The notes under the pieces: model-generated | Seen by the model: the letters and a program-made list of their open reading frames with translations, nothing else | Database searches by the model: none | What the model was told of the DNA's origin: nothing | Assembly: GCA_902478645.1 (NCBI GenBank) | Contig: CABSLV010000001.1 | Coordinates: forward strand, 15,701-79,700 | Direction: 5' to 3' | DNA length: 64,000 nt | From: an uncultured Flavobacteriales bacterium | GTDB taxonomy: Bacteria; Bacteroidota; Bacteroidia; Flavobacteriales; UBA1820 | Shown here: one piece after another, positions 8,635 to 18,155 of the stretch | Layout: each line of letters begins with the position of its first letter | Numbering within the stretch: position 1 is the stretch's first letter | Program-made: the position numbers and the translations under genes

Positions 8635-8931
8635 TTATTCGTCCGTTGTTCCCTCTTCCTGCGGAGGTTCCTCCTGCCGGGGCGAGCGAAGACGCCCGAT
8701 CCACTGGCTCACCATCCGGTAACCCGACACCGCCGCCTCGATCACTCCGCAAAACGAAGCCACCTTAGCCGAGGCCGCTTCGACCAGATAGTCGAAGTCG
8801 AACAACCGGGCCGCCTGGCGGTAATCTTCCTTCAAACGCCCCTCCATACGCTCCAACTGCGTATCCACACGGACCCGCGCCGCCTTCACGTCGGACAGGG
8901 TTTTCAACTGTCGGTAGTCAATCCTCTCCAT
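8635..8931 (-). CDS. hypothetical protein (third gene of the YtxH / holin-like triad)
   Basis: 98-aa coiled-coil-like ORF. It overlaps the upstream gene by 14 nt. Confidence 0.5.
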   Translation of the reverse strand: MERIDYRQLKTLSDVKAARVRVDTQLERMEGRLKEDYRQAARLFDFDYLVEAASAKVASFCGVIEAAVSGYRMVSQWIGRLRSPRQEEPPQEEGTTDE

Positions 8932-9334
8932 CGCGCTTTCCCTCCGTCGAATATTTCACCTTCGTCGCGTCGTGTACCATCCGCCCCAGCATCCGCACCG
9001 CCCGGTCCACGATGAGCCGATCCCGGCGCAGATACACCACCCAGGCTGCCAGCAGGAACACCCCGCCGATGATCAGCAGCGCATAGAGCAGCGAACCGAT
9101 CCACAAAGCCAACGCCCAGGTAAGGGCCATCGCCAAAAATACCGTAGCGATCCCCGCCAGGACGATGAGCACCGCAACGGCAAAAAGCGTGTTGAACAGC
9201 CGGGCCAGGTTGTCGATCAGTGCCAGACGCGCACTGTCGGCACGGCACCAGGCGTAGTCTTTCAGGTCTGCCAGTGTCCGTTCGCTCCAGGTGGAGTCCG
9301 TGCGGGCGTCTTCGGAAGTTCTATACCCGTCCAT
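8918..9334 (-). CDS. phage-holin-family-like small membrane protein
   Basis: 138 aa with two adjacent TM helices (LFNTLFAVAVLIVLAGIATVFLAMALTWALALWIGSLLYALLIIGGVFLLAAWVVY). The architecture is typical of proteins annotated as phage holin family / holin-X. Confidence 0.55.
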   Translation of the reverse strand: MDGYRTSEDARTDSTWSERTLADLKDYAWCRADSARLALIDNLARLFNTLFAVAVLIVLAGIATVFLAMALTWALALWIGSLLYALLIIGGVFLLAAWVVYLRRDRLIVDRAVRMLGRMVHDATKVKYSTEGKRDGED

Positions 9335-9337
9335 CGG

Positions 9338-9559
9338 TTATTCCTTGGCGGATTTGGCGGCCTTCCGACTGACCTGATGCGCCGTTTCCTCCAGGCATTC
9401 CCCCACGCGTTCGAGGGCTTTTTCCTTTTCCTGACGGATCGTGCGGGCAATCTTCTTGCGCGTGTTTACCCCCGAATCGGGAGCGACCAGCAAGGCCACC
9501 GCTGCGCCTACTGCCGCGCCAGCCAAAAATGCGAACAAACTCTGTGCTTTCATCATCAT
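9338..9559 (-). CDS. YtxH domain protein
   Basis: 73 aa with an N-terminal Gly/Ala-rich TM helix FLAGAAVGAAVALLVAPDSG followed by a charged helix. Confidence 0.7.
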   Translation of the reverse strand: MMMKAQSLFAFLAGAAVGAAVALLVAPDSGVNTRKKIARTIRQEKEKALERVGECLEETAHQVSRKAAKSAKE

Positions 9560-9604
9560 TAGGTTTTAGGTGGGACATTTCCCGGACACACCCGGGGTTC
9601 TTTA

Positions 9605-9612
9605 CAAATGTA
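9605..9612 (-). promoter_or_regulatory. -7 box TACATTTG for the YtxH module
   Basis: Reverse complement of caaatgta, about 45 nt upstream of the ATG at 9559. Confidence 0.45.
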
Positions 9613-9670
9613 GGAAATCCTTTTTTAGGATGGACCTCCCCGGAACAAAATATTTGCCCCCCCTTTTTTC

Positions 9671-10447
9671 TCACTCCCTGCCTATCGTACGCAAAAGATC
9701 GTGTACCGCCGCCTCGGGAGTCGGATTTCGCTCCAGAGCCTGGATAAACAGGCTGCCGATGATCGCCCCGCTGCTGTAACGGCACGCCGCCCGGAAAGTC
9801 TGCGGGTTGGAAATCCCGAAACCGATCAAACGATGGTTGTCCAACCCCATCGCATCGATCCGGCGGAAATAGTCGAGCTGCTCCGGCGAGAAATCCTCGC
9901 GCGTACCCGTAGTGGCTGCCGCCGAGACCATGTAGATAAATCCTCCGCAGTGCTGGTCGATCTGCCGGATCCGCTCGGGAGAAGTCTCCGGGGTGATGAG
10001 CATGATCATGGGCAATCCGTACCGATCGCACAAAGGCTTGTAATGCTCCATGTACTCTCCGAAGGGAAGGTCGGGAACGATCAGTGCATCGATCCCCACC
10101 TGCTTGCAGCGTTGGAACAAGCGCTCGATCCCGTACTGCATCATCGGGTTCAGATAGCCCATCAGTACTAGGGGAATCTCGCACTGGCTGCGCGCCTGCT
10201 CCACCTGATCGAGCAACAAGCCGAGGGTCATCCCGTTGCGCAGGGCCACCGTGCTGCTGTCCTGAATCGTCTTTCCGTCGGCCATCGGATCGGAAAACGG
10301 TACGCCCACCTCGATCATGTCCACGCCCGAATCGGCCAGTGCGCGGATGATCTCCACCGTATCGTCCCGATGAGGGAAACCCGCGGTAAAATACACCGAA
10401 AGGATATCCTTTCCCTTGTTTTCAAATAGTTTTTCCAGTCTGTTCAT
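9671..10447 (-). CDS. trpA: tryptophan synthase alpha chain
   Basis: 258 aa containing FTAGFP, GVDMIEVGVPFSDPMADG and a GFGIS motif. Confidence 0.95.
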   Translation of the reverse strand: MNRLEKLFENKGKDILSVYFTAGFPHRDDTVEIIRALADSGVDMIEVGVPFSDPMADGKTIQDSSTVALRNGMTLGLLLDQVEQARSQCEIPLVLMGYLNPMMQYGIERLFQRCKQVGIDALIVPDLPFGEYMEHYKPLCDRYGLPMIMLITPETSPERIRQIDQHCGGFIYMVSAAATTGTREDFSPEQLDYFRRIDAMGLDNHRLIGFGISNPQTFRAACRYSSGAIIGSLFIQALERNPTPEAAVHDLLRTIGRE

Positions 10448-11165
10448 CGTCTTGGTATTTTTTATCGTTCTTTCTTGTTTTTCCTGTCCCGTCTATTCTG
10501 TCTTTCATTTCTTCCTCCCGGGAGGTCTGCCGATCTCCCGCCTTTCCCCGCACCGTCGCCATGAATTCCCGCAGCGCCGCCACGTCCTTTACCCCCGGAG
10601 CCGTCTCGAAACGACTGTTCAGGTCTATCCCCAGGCACGCCGGATGTTCCACCACCCGAGCCAGGCGGGAAGCGTCCCCCGGCCCGAGTCCTCCGGCGAG
10701 CAGAAAGGGCAACGTTCCCCGGTATTCCGCGAGGATCTCCCAATCGAAGCGTCGCCCCGTCCCGCCCCGCAAAGGGCTTTTCGTATCGAACAACAAAGCA
10801 TCGCACACCTCCCGGTAGGCCGCCGCAGCCGACAAATCCTCCCGCGTCGCCACCCCGTAGGCCTTGATCACCCGCAGGCCCGCCCCGCGCAACGCAGCGC
10901 ATACCGCGGGGGATTCCTCCCCGTGGAGCTGCACCGTATCCAAGGCGTACCTCCGGACGGTCTCGAACACCTCTTCGCACGGCGCATCGACAAACACCCC
11001 GACGCGGCACGTCCCTGGCGGCAGATTCCGTACCACCTGCGGATCCAACCCGCCGGCATAGCGGGGAGAGGCCGGGGAAAAGATAAACCCCAGTGCCTGC
11101 GGCTCCAGTGCCGCCACCTCCCGGATGTTTTCCGGGTCTTTCAATCCGCAGACTTTAATCCACAT
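10422..11165 (-). CDS. trpF: phosphoribosylanthranilate isomerase
   Basis: Start set at MWIKVCGLK (in-frame ATG at 11165), overlapping the trpC stop by 11 nt. The C-terminal end overlaps the trpA start. Confidence 0.9.
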   Translation of the reverse strand: MWIKVCGLKDPENIREVAALEPQALGFIFSPASPRYAGGLDPQVVRNLPPGTCRVGVFVDAPCEEVFETVRRYALDTVQLHGEESPAVCAALRGAGLRVIKAYGVATREDLSAAAAYREVCDALLFDTKSPLRGGTGRRFDWEILAEYRGTLPFLLAGGLGPGDASRLARVVEHPACLGIDLNSRFETAPGVKDVAALREFMATVRGKAGDRQTSREEEMKDRIDGTGKTRKNDKKYQDDEQTGKTI

Positions 11166-11940
11166 GGCGCAAAAAATCCCGCAAGGCTTCTCCCGGGCGG
11201 TCTTCCCGCATGAAACGTTCACCGATCAAGAATCCGGCGTATCCGGCCTTTTTCAATTCGGACACCGCCTGCGGGGAGTCGATCCCGCTCTCCGACACGC
11301 GCACCTTGTCCGCAGGCAATCCCCCGGCGAGTTGCAGGGACGCGCGGATGTCGGTGCGGAAGGTGCGCAAGTCGCGGTTGTTCACCCCCACCATGTCCAC
11401 CTCGGGGCACAGGTGGGTCAGTTCCTGCGGGCCATGTACTTCCAAGAGTACCTCCAAGCCCAACTCATGCGCCTGACAAGCCAACTCCCGGCATTGCTGC
11501 GGGGAGAGGACCGCCGCGATGAGCAGCACCGCATCGGCTCCCCACGAAGCAGCCTGGTGCAGCTGGTATCCATCGACCGTAAAGTCCTTGCGCAACAGCG
11601 GCAGGTCCGTCGCCTTACGCGCCGCCGCCAGATCGCCCGCCCCGCCGGAAAAGAACATCCGGTCGGTGAGCACCGAGCAAGCCGCCGCGCCGGCCGCCGC
11701 ATACTCGGCCACCGTACGGGCCGCATCGGCTCCCTGACGGATGAACCCCTTGGAGGGCGAACGCCGCTTGAACTCGGCAATGATCCCCACCGGACGGCTC
11801 CCCGCCAGGGAGCGCGCCATCGAAACGCGCTCGCGGGCATAGTACAGGCTCTCCCGCAGCCGCTCTACCGACACCGTCTTTTTCTCTACGGCTACCTCGC
11901 GCCGTTTTTCCTCCACGATCCGCTTGAGTATATCTTCCAT
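11155..11940 (-). CDS. trpC: indole-3-glycerol-phosphate synthase
   Basis: 261 aa containing IIAEFKRRSPSKG, LRKDF and VNNRDL. Confidence 0.95.
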   Translation of the reverse strand: MEDILKRIVEEKRREVAVEKKTVSVERLRESLYYARERVSMARSLAGSRPVGIIAEFKRRSPSKGFIRQGADAARTVAEYAAAGAAACSVLTDRMFFSGGAGDLAAARKATDLPLLRKDFTVDGYQLHQAASWGADAVLLIAAVLSPQQCRELACQAHELGLEVLLEVHGPQELTHLCPEVDMVGVNNRDLRTFRTDIRASLQLAGGLPADKVRVSESGIDSPQAVSELKKAGYAGFLIGERFMREDRPGEALRDFLRHVD

Positions 11941-11961
11941 CTCTTTCTGCGTTTTTTTCGT

Positions 11962-12957
11962 TCAACGATTCAGTTCCACAAAACAACGGAAACGCTCCGC
12001 CGCCCGCCCGCTTTCGAGGGATTCCCGCGCCTTGGCCCGTGCCTCCTCCCACGAGAGAGCCGGATCGAGCGTACAGATGGCAAAGGCCGCATTGGCCTGC
12101 ACACAATCGCTCTGCCCGGGACTCGCCGTGCCTTCGAGCACTGCGTCGAAGATACGGGCGGCCTGTTCGACCGTCTCGCCCCCCCACAGATCGCAAGGGT
12201 CGTACATGGGAAATCCCAACTCGCCCGGCGTATAGACGCTTTCCCCCCACGGCGAAGCGACCTTTACATCCGAGGTGAGCGACACTTCGTCGTAGCCGTC
12301 CAGCGAATGGACGATCGTGCAGTCGATGCCGTTCTGCTGGCAGATGTAGTGGTACAGGCGGAGCAGCTTGAGGTTGTACACCCCGAGCAACTGATGGCGG
12401 GGCATCACCGGATTGACCAGCGGTCCCAGCATGTTGAAAAACGTCCGCACGCCCAGCGCCCGCCGCACGCCGCCCACGCTCTTGAGCGCCGGGCTGAAAA
12501 ACGGCGCGTGGAGGTAGCACACCCCGCTTCGGTCGAAACTGCGGCGCAGACGGTCGATGTCGTCGGTAAAACGCACCCCGTGCGCTTCGAGGACATTGGA
12601 AGCCCCGCTGACCGAACTGGCTCCGTAGTTCCCGTGCTTGATCACGCGGTATCCCGCCCCGGCCACCACGAAACACGTCGCAGTCGATATGTTGAACGTA
12701 TTTTTTCCGTCGCCGCCCGTGCCGACGATGTCGATGGCCTGCGAAGCGTCCAGGTCGACCGCCACGCGGCGTTCCAGAAGAGCGTCCCGAAATCCGGAAA
12801 GTTCCTCGGTAGTGATGCTGCGCATCAGGAACACGGTCATGAAGGCCGAGAGCTGGCAGTCGTTGTACTTCCCGTCGGAAATATTGAGCAATACCTCCCG
12901 CGCCTGCGCCCGGGTGAGATTGCGGTGGTCGAACATCTGGTAAAGTATTTCTTTCAT
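11962..12957 (-). CDS. trpD: anthranilate phosphoribosyltransferase
   Basis: 331 aa containing DIVGTGGDGKNTFNIST and KHGN. Confidence 0.95.
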   Translation of the reverse strand: MKEILYQMFDHRNLTRAQAREVLLNISDGKYNDCQLSAFMTVFLMRSITTEELSGFRDALLERRVAVDLDASQAIDIVGTGGDGKNTFNISTATCFVVAGAGYRVIKHGNYGASSVSGASNVLEAHGVRFTDDIDRLRRSFDRSGVCYLHAPFFSPALKSVGGVRRALGVRTFFNMLGPLVNPVMPRHQLLGVYNLKLLRLYHYICQQNGIDCTIVHSLDGYDEVSLTSDVKVASPWGESVYTPGELGFPMYDPCDLWGGETVEQAARIFDAVLEGTASPGQSDCVQANAAFAICTLDPALSWEEARAKARESLESGRAAERFRCFVELNR

Positions 12958-13022
12958 GGACTTGTCTGATTTTCTATTGGATTCTTCTGCTTGTCTGTTT
13001 GCTTGCCCGTCCGCTTTTTCTT

Positions 13023-13604
13023 CTATTTCCCTACCGGGTATTTCTCAAGCCAATTTTTCAGGATGAGCCCCCCCTTGGGGGTCAGCACGCTCTCCGGATG
13101 GAACTGTACGCCCCGCACGTCGTACCGACGGTGCCGCAAAGCCATCACCTGGCCCATCGGATCGCGTGCCGTTACCTCCAGTTCGGCAGGGAACCCTTCT
13201 TCGTCCACCACCCACGAGTGGTAACGCCCGGCCTGGAACTCCCCGCCCAGTCCCTCGAAGATCGGATCGGGAGCCACCACCCGCACCGGGGTGGCCACGC
13301 CGTGATAGACATTCTCCAGATTGCGCAGCCGCGCTCCGAAACGTTCCCCGATGGCCTGCTCGCCCAGGCAAATCCCGAGAATGCTCCTGCAGTGGGCATA
13401 GCGAGCCAAATATTCGGGAAGAATGCCCGATTCGCACGGCAAGCCCGGACCGGGGGAAACGATGACCCGGGGATATTCTCCGGCTTGTTCGGGCGTGATC
13501 TCGTCGTTGCGCCGTACCTCGACCGGATACCCCAACGAACGCACCAGCGAGGCGATATTGTAGGTAAACGAATCGTAATTGTCCAGTATCAGTATCTTTT
13601 CCAT
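13023..13604 (-). CDS. trpG: anthranilate synthase component II (glutamine amidotransferase)
   Basis: 193 aa containing ILILDNYDSFTYN, GICLG and QFHPES. Confidence 0.9.
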   Translation of the reverse strand: MEKILILDNYDSFTYNIASLVRSLGYPVEVRRNDEITPEQAGEYPRVIVSPGPGLPCESGILPEYLARYAHCRSILGICLGEQAIGERFGARLRNLENVYHGVATPVRVVAPDPIFEGLGGEFQAGRYHSWVVDEEGFPAELEVTARDPMGQVMALRHRRYDVRGVQFHPESVLTPKGGLILKNWLEKYPVGK

Positions 13605-13622
13605 CTTTGTTGTCTCGTTTTA

Positions 13623-15029
13623 TCATTTGGCATATTCTTCGGCGCGATCGACAGCCGCCATCAGCGCACCGAGTTTGTTGTTGACCTCGGAAAGCTCGCT
13701 GCGGGGATCCGAATGCGCCACGATCCCGGCTCCCCCCTGGCAATACAAGCGCTGGCCAAGGGAGAGAAAACTCCGGATGGTGATGGCCTGGTTGAGCGAC
13801 CCGTCCAGACCGATGTACCCGATGCACCCTCCGTAGAGGCCCCGCGGATGGGGTTCCATCTCGTCGATCAGCTGGATGGCGCGTACCTTCGGCGCTCCGC
13901 TGAGCGTCCCGGCAGGAAACGTATCGGCCAGCAGGCGGATCGGATCCGTCCCTTCCGGCACGTGCGCCGACACCCGGGACACCATGTGGATCACGTGCGA
14001 ATAGAACTGCACCTGGCGGAAAAACTCCACACGCACATCGGTACAGTTGCGTCCCAGGTCGTTGCGCGCCAGATCGACCAGCATCACGTGCTCGGCATTT
14101 TCCTTTTCGTCGCTCAGCAGACGGTCGGCCAGCGCGCGGTCGGCTTCGTCGTTTCCCGTGCGGCGGAACGTGCCCGCGATCGGGTCGATGTACGCCCGAT
14201 CGCCGGATACCCGCAGGTGCGTCTCGGGCGAAGAACCGAAGATGCGCATCGAGCCGAAATCGAAGTAAAACAGGTAAGGCGAAGGGTTGATGCTGCGCAG
14301 GGCGCGGTACACATTGAATTCGTCCCCGTAAAACGCCCGGCTGAAACGCCGCGAAGGCACGATCTGGAAAACATCGCCCCGCAGGGTATGGCGAATGCCC
14401 CGGCGTACCATCTCCATGTATTGCTCGTCGCTTACACTGGATTCGACCGCACCGGCGGCCTGAAACGGATACTGAGCCACGTTTTGATTGTCCAGCACGG
14501 CTTTCAGTTCGTCCATGCGGGAGGTCTGGGAAGGCAGGAGGTTTTCCACGATGGTGAGCGTATTCTTGAAATGGTTCACCACGATCACAAAACGGAACAG
14601 CACCTGCACGATGTCCGGAAGATGGGCGAAGTCCCCTTCCGCCGGGCGGATCTTTACCTTCTCAAAATACCGCACCGCATCGTAAGCCGTGTAACCGAAA
14701 AAACCGTTGATACCCGTCGGATTGTCCTGCGCCGAAAATTGACGGATGTAGGCGGACAATTCGGCCGGGACGTCCGTATCGTCCTCCACCGGACGCACAT
14801 CGCGCGTACCGTCGGGATACGTGCGCAGGATGTGCCCTCCCGAGAGGGTAAATGAAGCGATGGGTTCCACCCCGATGAACGAAAAACTGTTCTGGGTGGT
14901 GTGGTAGTCCGAACTCTCCAGCAGCACCGACTGGGGATACAGGTCGCGTACCTTCAGGTAAATGCCCACCGGGGTCTGAAGGTCGGCCGGGAGGACCCGA
15001 TAACGGGTCTGGAATGCATATTCTTTCAT
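13623..15029 (-). CDS. trpE: anthranilate synthase component I
   Basis: The 925-aa track ORF was trimmed to the in-frame ATG at 15029 (MKEYAFQTRY). It contains LLESS and a chorismate-binding C-terminus GGAGIVAHSDP. Confidence 0.95.
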   Translation of the reverse strand: MKEYAFQTRYRVLPADLQTPVGIYLKVRDLYPQSVLLESSDYHTTQNSFSFIGVEPIASFTLSGGHILRTYPDGTRDVRPVEDDTDVPAELSAYIRQFSAQDNPTGINGFFGYTAYDAVRYFEKVKIRPAEGDFAHLPDIVQVLFRFVIVVNHFKNTLTIVENLLPSQTSRMDELKAVLDNQNVAQYPFQAAGAVESSVSDEQYMEMVRRGIRHTLRGDVFQIVPSRRFSRAFYGDEFNVYRALRSINPSPYLFYFDFGSMRIFGSSPETHLRVSGDRAYIDPIAGTFRRTGNDEADRALADRLLSDEKENAEHVMLVDLARNDLGRNCTDVRVEFFRQVQFYSHVIHMVSRVSAHVPEGTDPIRLLADTFPAGTLSGAPKVRAIQLIDEMEPHPRGLYGGCIGYIGLDGSLNQAITIRSFLSLGQRLYCQGGAGIVAHSDPRSELSEVNNKLGALMAAVDRAEEYAK

Positions 15030-15058
15030 GGTTTCTTCTTTTTCTTTCTTTGCGCTCT

Positions 15059-16258
15059 TTATTTTTTGTTTTCCAAACGGCGACGCTCCCGGATGTAGGT
15101 CTCCATGTCCTTGTCCCCGCGTCCCGAAACATTGACCACCACGATGTCCGTCGGGGCGAAATGCATCTGCTCCAACACCGCCAGCGCATGGGCCGACTCC
15201 AACGCCGGAATGATCCCCTCGGTACGGGTGAGGCGATAGGCTGCCTCGAGAGCCTGGTCGTCGTCGATGGCTACGACCTCCTCGCGCCCTTCTTCGGCCA
15301 GGTAGGCATGCAGCGGTCCTATTCCCGGGTAGTCCAGCCCGGCGGAGATCGAATACGGCTCCAGGATCTGCCCGTCTTCGGTCTGCATCACCAGCGTACG
15401 CGCCCCGTGGATGATCCCTTCGCGTCCCAGACGGATCGTCGCCGCGGAACGTCCGCTGTCGATCCCCTCCCCGCCGGCTTCGGCCGCGATGAGCCGCACC
15501 GAAGGACTGTTGATGAAATGATAGAAAGCCCCCGCCGCGTTGCTCCCGCCGCCTACGCAGGCGATGACATAATCGGGCTCCTCCCGCCCCTCCTTCTCCA
15601 GCAGCTGCCGGCGTATCTCCTGGGAGATGACCGACTGGAAACGCGCCACCATATCGGGATAAGGATGCGGGCCGACCGTCGAACCGATGATGTAATACGT
15701 ATCCCGAGGATTGCAGCACCAGTCGCGGATGGCCTCGTTGGTGGCATCCTTGAGCGTCTTGTTGCCGCTCTCCACCGAAACGACCTTGGCCCCGAGCATC
15801 TCCATCTTTTCGACATTGGGTCTCTGCCGGGCGATGTCCGTAGCCCCCATGTACACCACGCATTCCATGTCCATCAGCGCGCAGACGGTAGCCGCCGCCA
15901 CGCCATGCTGCCCGGCGCCCGTCTCGGCGATGATGCGGGTCTTGCCCATCCGGCGGGCCAGCAGGATCTGGCCGATGGTGTTGTTGATCTTGTGCGCACC
16001 GGTATGGTTGAGGTCTTCGCGCTTGAGGTATATCTTCGCCCCGTAACGCTCGGACAAACGCTTGGCCAGGTACAGGGGCGAAGGACGGCCTACATAGTCC
16101 CGCAAGAGCGATTCGAATTCCTGCTGGAACCCCGGGTCGGCCATCTCCCGCAGGTAGGCCCGGCGGAGGTTTTCCACATTGGTGTAAAGCACTTCCGGGA
16201 TAAACGCTCCCCCGAAACGTCCGTAATATCCCTCGAGAGTTACATCGTACTTTTTCAT
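15059..16258 (-). CDS. trpB: tryptophan synthase beta chain
   Basis: 399 aa containing the [12 protein letters not shown]-lysine motif and GGGSNA. Confidence 0.95.
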   Translation of the reverse strand: MKKYDVTLEGYYGRFGGAFIPEVLYTNVENLRRAYLREMADPGFQQEFESLLRDYVGRPSPLYLAKRLSERYGAKIYLKREDLNHTGAHKINNTIGQILLARRMGKTRIIAETGAGQHGVAAATVCALMDMECVVYMGATDIARQRPNVEKMEMLGAKVVSVESGNKTLKDATNEAIRDWCCNPRDTYYIIGSTVGPHPYPDMVARFQSVISQEIRRQLLEKEGREEPDYVIACVGGGSNAAGAFYHFINSPSVRLIAAEAGGEGIDSGRSAATIRLGREGIIHGARTLVMQTEDGQILEPYSISAGLDYPGIGPLHAYLAEEGREEVVAIDDDQALEAAYRLTRTEGIIPALESAHALAVLEQMHFAPTDIVVVNVSGRGDKDMETYIRERRRLENKK

Positions 16259-16307
16259 CTTTTTCTTTCCTTATGTTTTTCGTTGGTTTTTTCCTTGATT
16301 TTTCCGC

Positions 16308-16345
16308 ATAAAAAAACGGGCTATCGGTGTGTCCGATAGCCCGTT
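16308..16345 (-). terminator. attenuator terminator upstream of trpB
   Basis: Perfect 13-bp stem (16333-16345 / 16315-16327), loop ACACA, then a U7 run on the minus strand. It ends about 51 nt before the trpB ATG. Confidence 0.8.
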
Positions 16346-16374
16346 GATATATTTCCGTCGTTTCTTTCTCTGTC

Positions 16375-16437
16375 CTATATCTGCAAAGCCTGAGTGCCAC
16401 ACCGTCTCTCCGTCGGTATGCGCCACCACCAAATCAT
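16375..16437 (-). CDS. candidate trp leader peptide MIWWWRIPTERRCGTQALQI
   Basis: ATG ATT TGG TGG TGG CGC ... TAG read directly from the minus strand. Three tandem Trp codons. The stop lies 29 nt before the terminator stem. Confidence 0.6.
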   Translation of the reverse strand: MIWWWRIPTERRCGTQALQI

Positions 16438-16442
16438 ATTTG

Positions 16443-16450
16443 CAATGTTA
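16443..16450 (-). promoter_or_regulatory. imperfect -7 box TAACATTG upstream of the trp leader
   Basis: Reverse complement of caatgtta, with one mismatch to TAnnTTTG. It lies 5 nt from the leader ATG. Confidence 0.35.
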
Positions 16451-16634
16451 TGGTTCATTTGCTTCATTTCTTGCGGACAAAGATGAGGATTATTCCGAAC
16501 CGTTCAAAGAAATTTTTCATTTTTTTTCATCCTCGCATTTCCTCCTGCGGAAAAAAGCCCGACAAAGCCCCTGTCGTCCATTTTCCGGGGAGAAAATGCG
16601 CCCGGGAAGCAGCCTCTGCTGCCGCCTCTCGTCG

Positions 16635-17249
16635 CTACTTGGCGTGATGACGCTCCTTGAGCACCTCGATCACCTCCTGCAAGGTATGCCCCTTGGCCAC
16701 CAGCAGGACGATGTAATGGTACATCAGGTCGGCGCACTCGTTCAGGAACAGGTCGCGGTTGTCGTCCTTGGCCTCGATGACCACTTCGACCGCCTCCTCG
16801 CCTACCTTTTGGGCCACCTTGTTGATGCCCCGGGCGATCAGGCGCGCCGTGTAGGACTCCTTGGGATCGTCGTCCTTGCGGCGGTAAAGGAAGTCCTGAA
16901 GGTAAAACAGAAAATCGGCCGGAGTATTCTTCTCGCCCCAGCACGTATCGCTGCCCGTGTGGCAGGTAGGCCCTACGGGAGTCGCCTTGACCAACAGGCT
17001 GTCCCGGTCGCAGTCCGAGAGGATGTCCTGCACCAGCAGGAAATGCCCGCTTTCCTCGCCCTTGGTCCACAACCGTCCCCGCGAGCGGCTGAAAAAACAA
17101 GCCTTGCCCGTTTCGAGCGTTTTCTGCAGCGACTCGGCATTCATGTATCCCTGCATGAGCACCACCCGCGTGGCCGCATCCTGTACGATCGCCGGGATGA
17201 GTCCCTTGGCATCGTACTTCAGATTTTCGATGTCCGCACTTACTTTCAT
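16635..17249 (-). CDS. hisIE: bifunctional phosphoribosyl-AMP cyclohydrolase / phosphoribosyl-ATP diphosphatase
   Basis: Start set at MKVSADIENLKYDAKGLIPAIVQD (in-frame). Contains a HisI core CHTGSDTCW and a HisE C-terminal helical part. Confidence 0.9.
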   Translation of the reverse strand: MKVSADIENLKYDAKGLIPAIVQDAATRVVLMQGYMNAESLQKTLETGKACFFSRSRGRLWTKGEESGHFLLVQDILSDCDRDSLLVKATPVGPTCHTGSDTCWGEKNTPADFLFYLQDFLYRRKDDDPKESYTARLIARGINKVAQKVGEEAVEVVIEAKDDNRDLFLNECADLMYHYIVLLVAKGHTLQEVIEVLKERHHAK

Positions 17250-17395
17250 TTCGTCTGTCTTTTTATGTATCGTTTCTTTCCGTATTTTTGGTTTTAACCC
17301 CTCTCTCTTTCTGCGTCTGACTGCTCTTTTATTACACATATTGCACACCTGCCTTCCAACTCTTCCCTGCCCGGCAAGCCGACCTCATCCTCCCG

Positions 17396-18151
17396 TCACA
17401 AGCGCACCGGAATGCCCCGCGAGGACAGATACCGTTTCACCTGCCCGATGGTCAGCTGCCCGAAATGGAATACCCCGGCCGCCAAAGCCGCATCGGCGCA
17501 CCCCTTGTCGAAAGCATCGTGGAACGTCTCCAGCGAGCCAGCCCCGCCCGAAGCGATGACCGGGATGGAGAGCTGCCAGGAAAGCTGCGCCGTCGCCTGA
17601 CAAGCGAACCCCGCATGGGTCCCGTCGTGATCCATCGAGGTAAACAAGATCTCTCCCGCCCCGCGCTGCTCGGCCTCTCGCGCCCAGGAAAAGAGTTCCA
17701 GCGGCGTGCGTTCCCTCCCTCCCTTGACATAGACCGCCCACTGGCCGTCCACGCAATGGGCATCGATGGCCACCACCACGCATTGGCTGCCGAACCGGCG
17801 GGCCAGCCGGTCGATGAGCCCCGGATCGGACACCGCCGAAGAGTTGATCGACACCTTGTCCGCCCCGCGGGCCAGCAGCGCCTCCACGTCCTTTTCGCTG
17901 GAGATGCCCCCGCCCACCGTAAACGGGATGTCGATGGCCCGCGCCACGCTTTCCACCCAACGGGTCATCGTTCCGCGGCGGTCGGCGCTGGCCGTAATGT
18001 CCAGAAACACCAGTTCGTCCGCGCCTTCGGTGCTGTAACGCGAAGCCAGTTCCACAATATCGCCCGCATCGCGCAGCCCGACGAAATTCGTTCCCTTTAC
18101 CGTGCGCCCGTCCTTGACATCGAGACAGGGTATGATCCTTTTTGCCAGCAT
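17396..18151 (-). CDS. hisF: imidazole glycerol phosphate synthase cyclase subunit
   Basis: Start set at [16 protein letters not shown] (in-frame ATG at 18151). Confidence 0.95.
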   Translation of the reverse strand: MLAKRIIPCLDVKDGRTVKGTNFVGLRDAGDIVELASRYSTEGADELVFLDITASADRRGTMTRWVESVARAIDIPFTVGGGISSEKDVEALLARGADKVSINSSAVSDPGLIDRLARRFGSQCVVVAIDAHCVDGQWAVYVKGGRERTPLELFSWAREAEQRGAGEILFTSMDHDGTHAGFACQATAQLSWQLSIPVIASGGAGSLETFHDAFDKGCADAALAAGVFHFGQLTIGQVKRYLSSRGIPVRL

Positions 18152-18155
18152 CGCT

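Noticed and set aside
13623-16400. 925-aa ORF spanning trpE and all of trpB on the minus strand
   Set aside because: Only the C-terminal 468 codons (from the ATG at 15029) look like TrpE. The N-terminal half is Arg/Gly/Pro/His-rich low-complexity sequence in an alternative frame of the clearly genuine trpB. It is a high-GC open-frame artefact.
16451-16634. Terminator for the his operon directly after hisIE
   Set aside because: Only a weak 5-bp stem (CGACA/UGUCG) with a displaced U-run was found. This is not convincing enough to annotate, and it is noted under the his-trp block finding instead.
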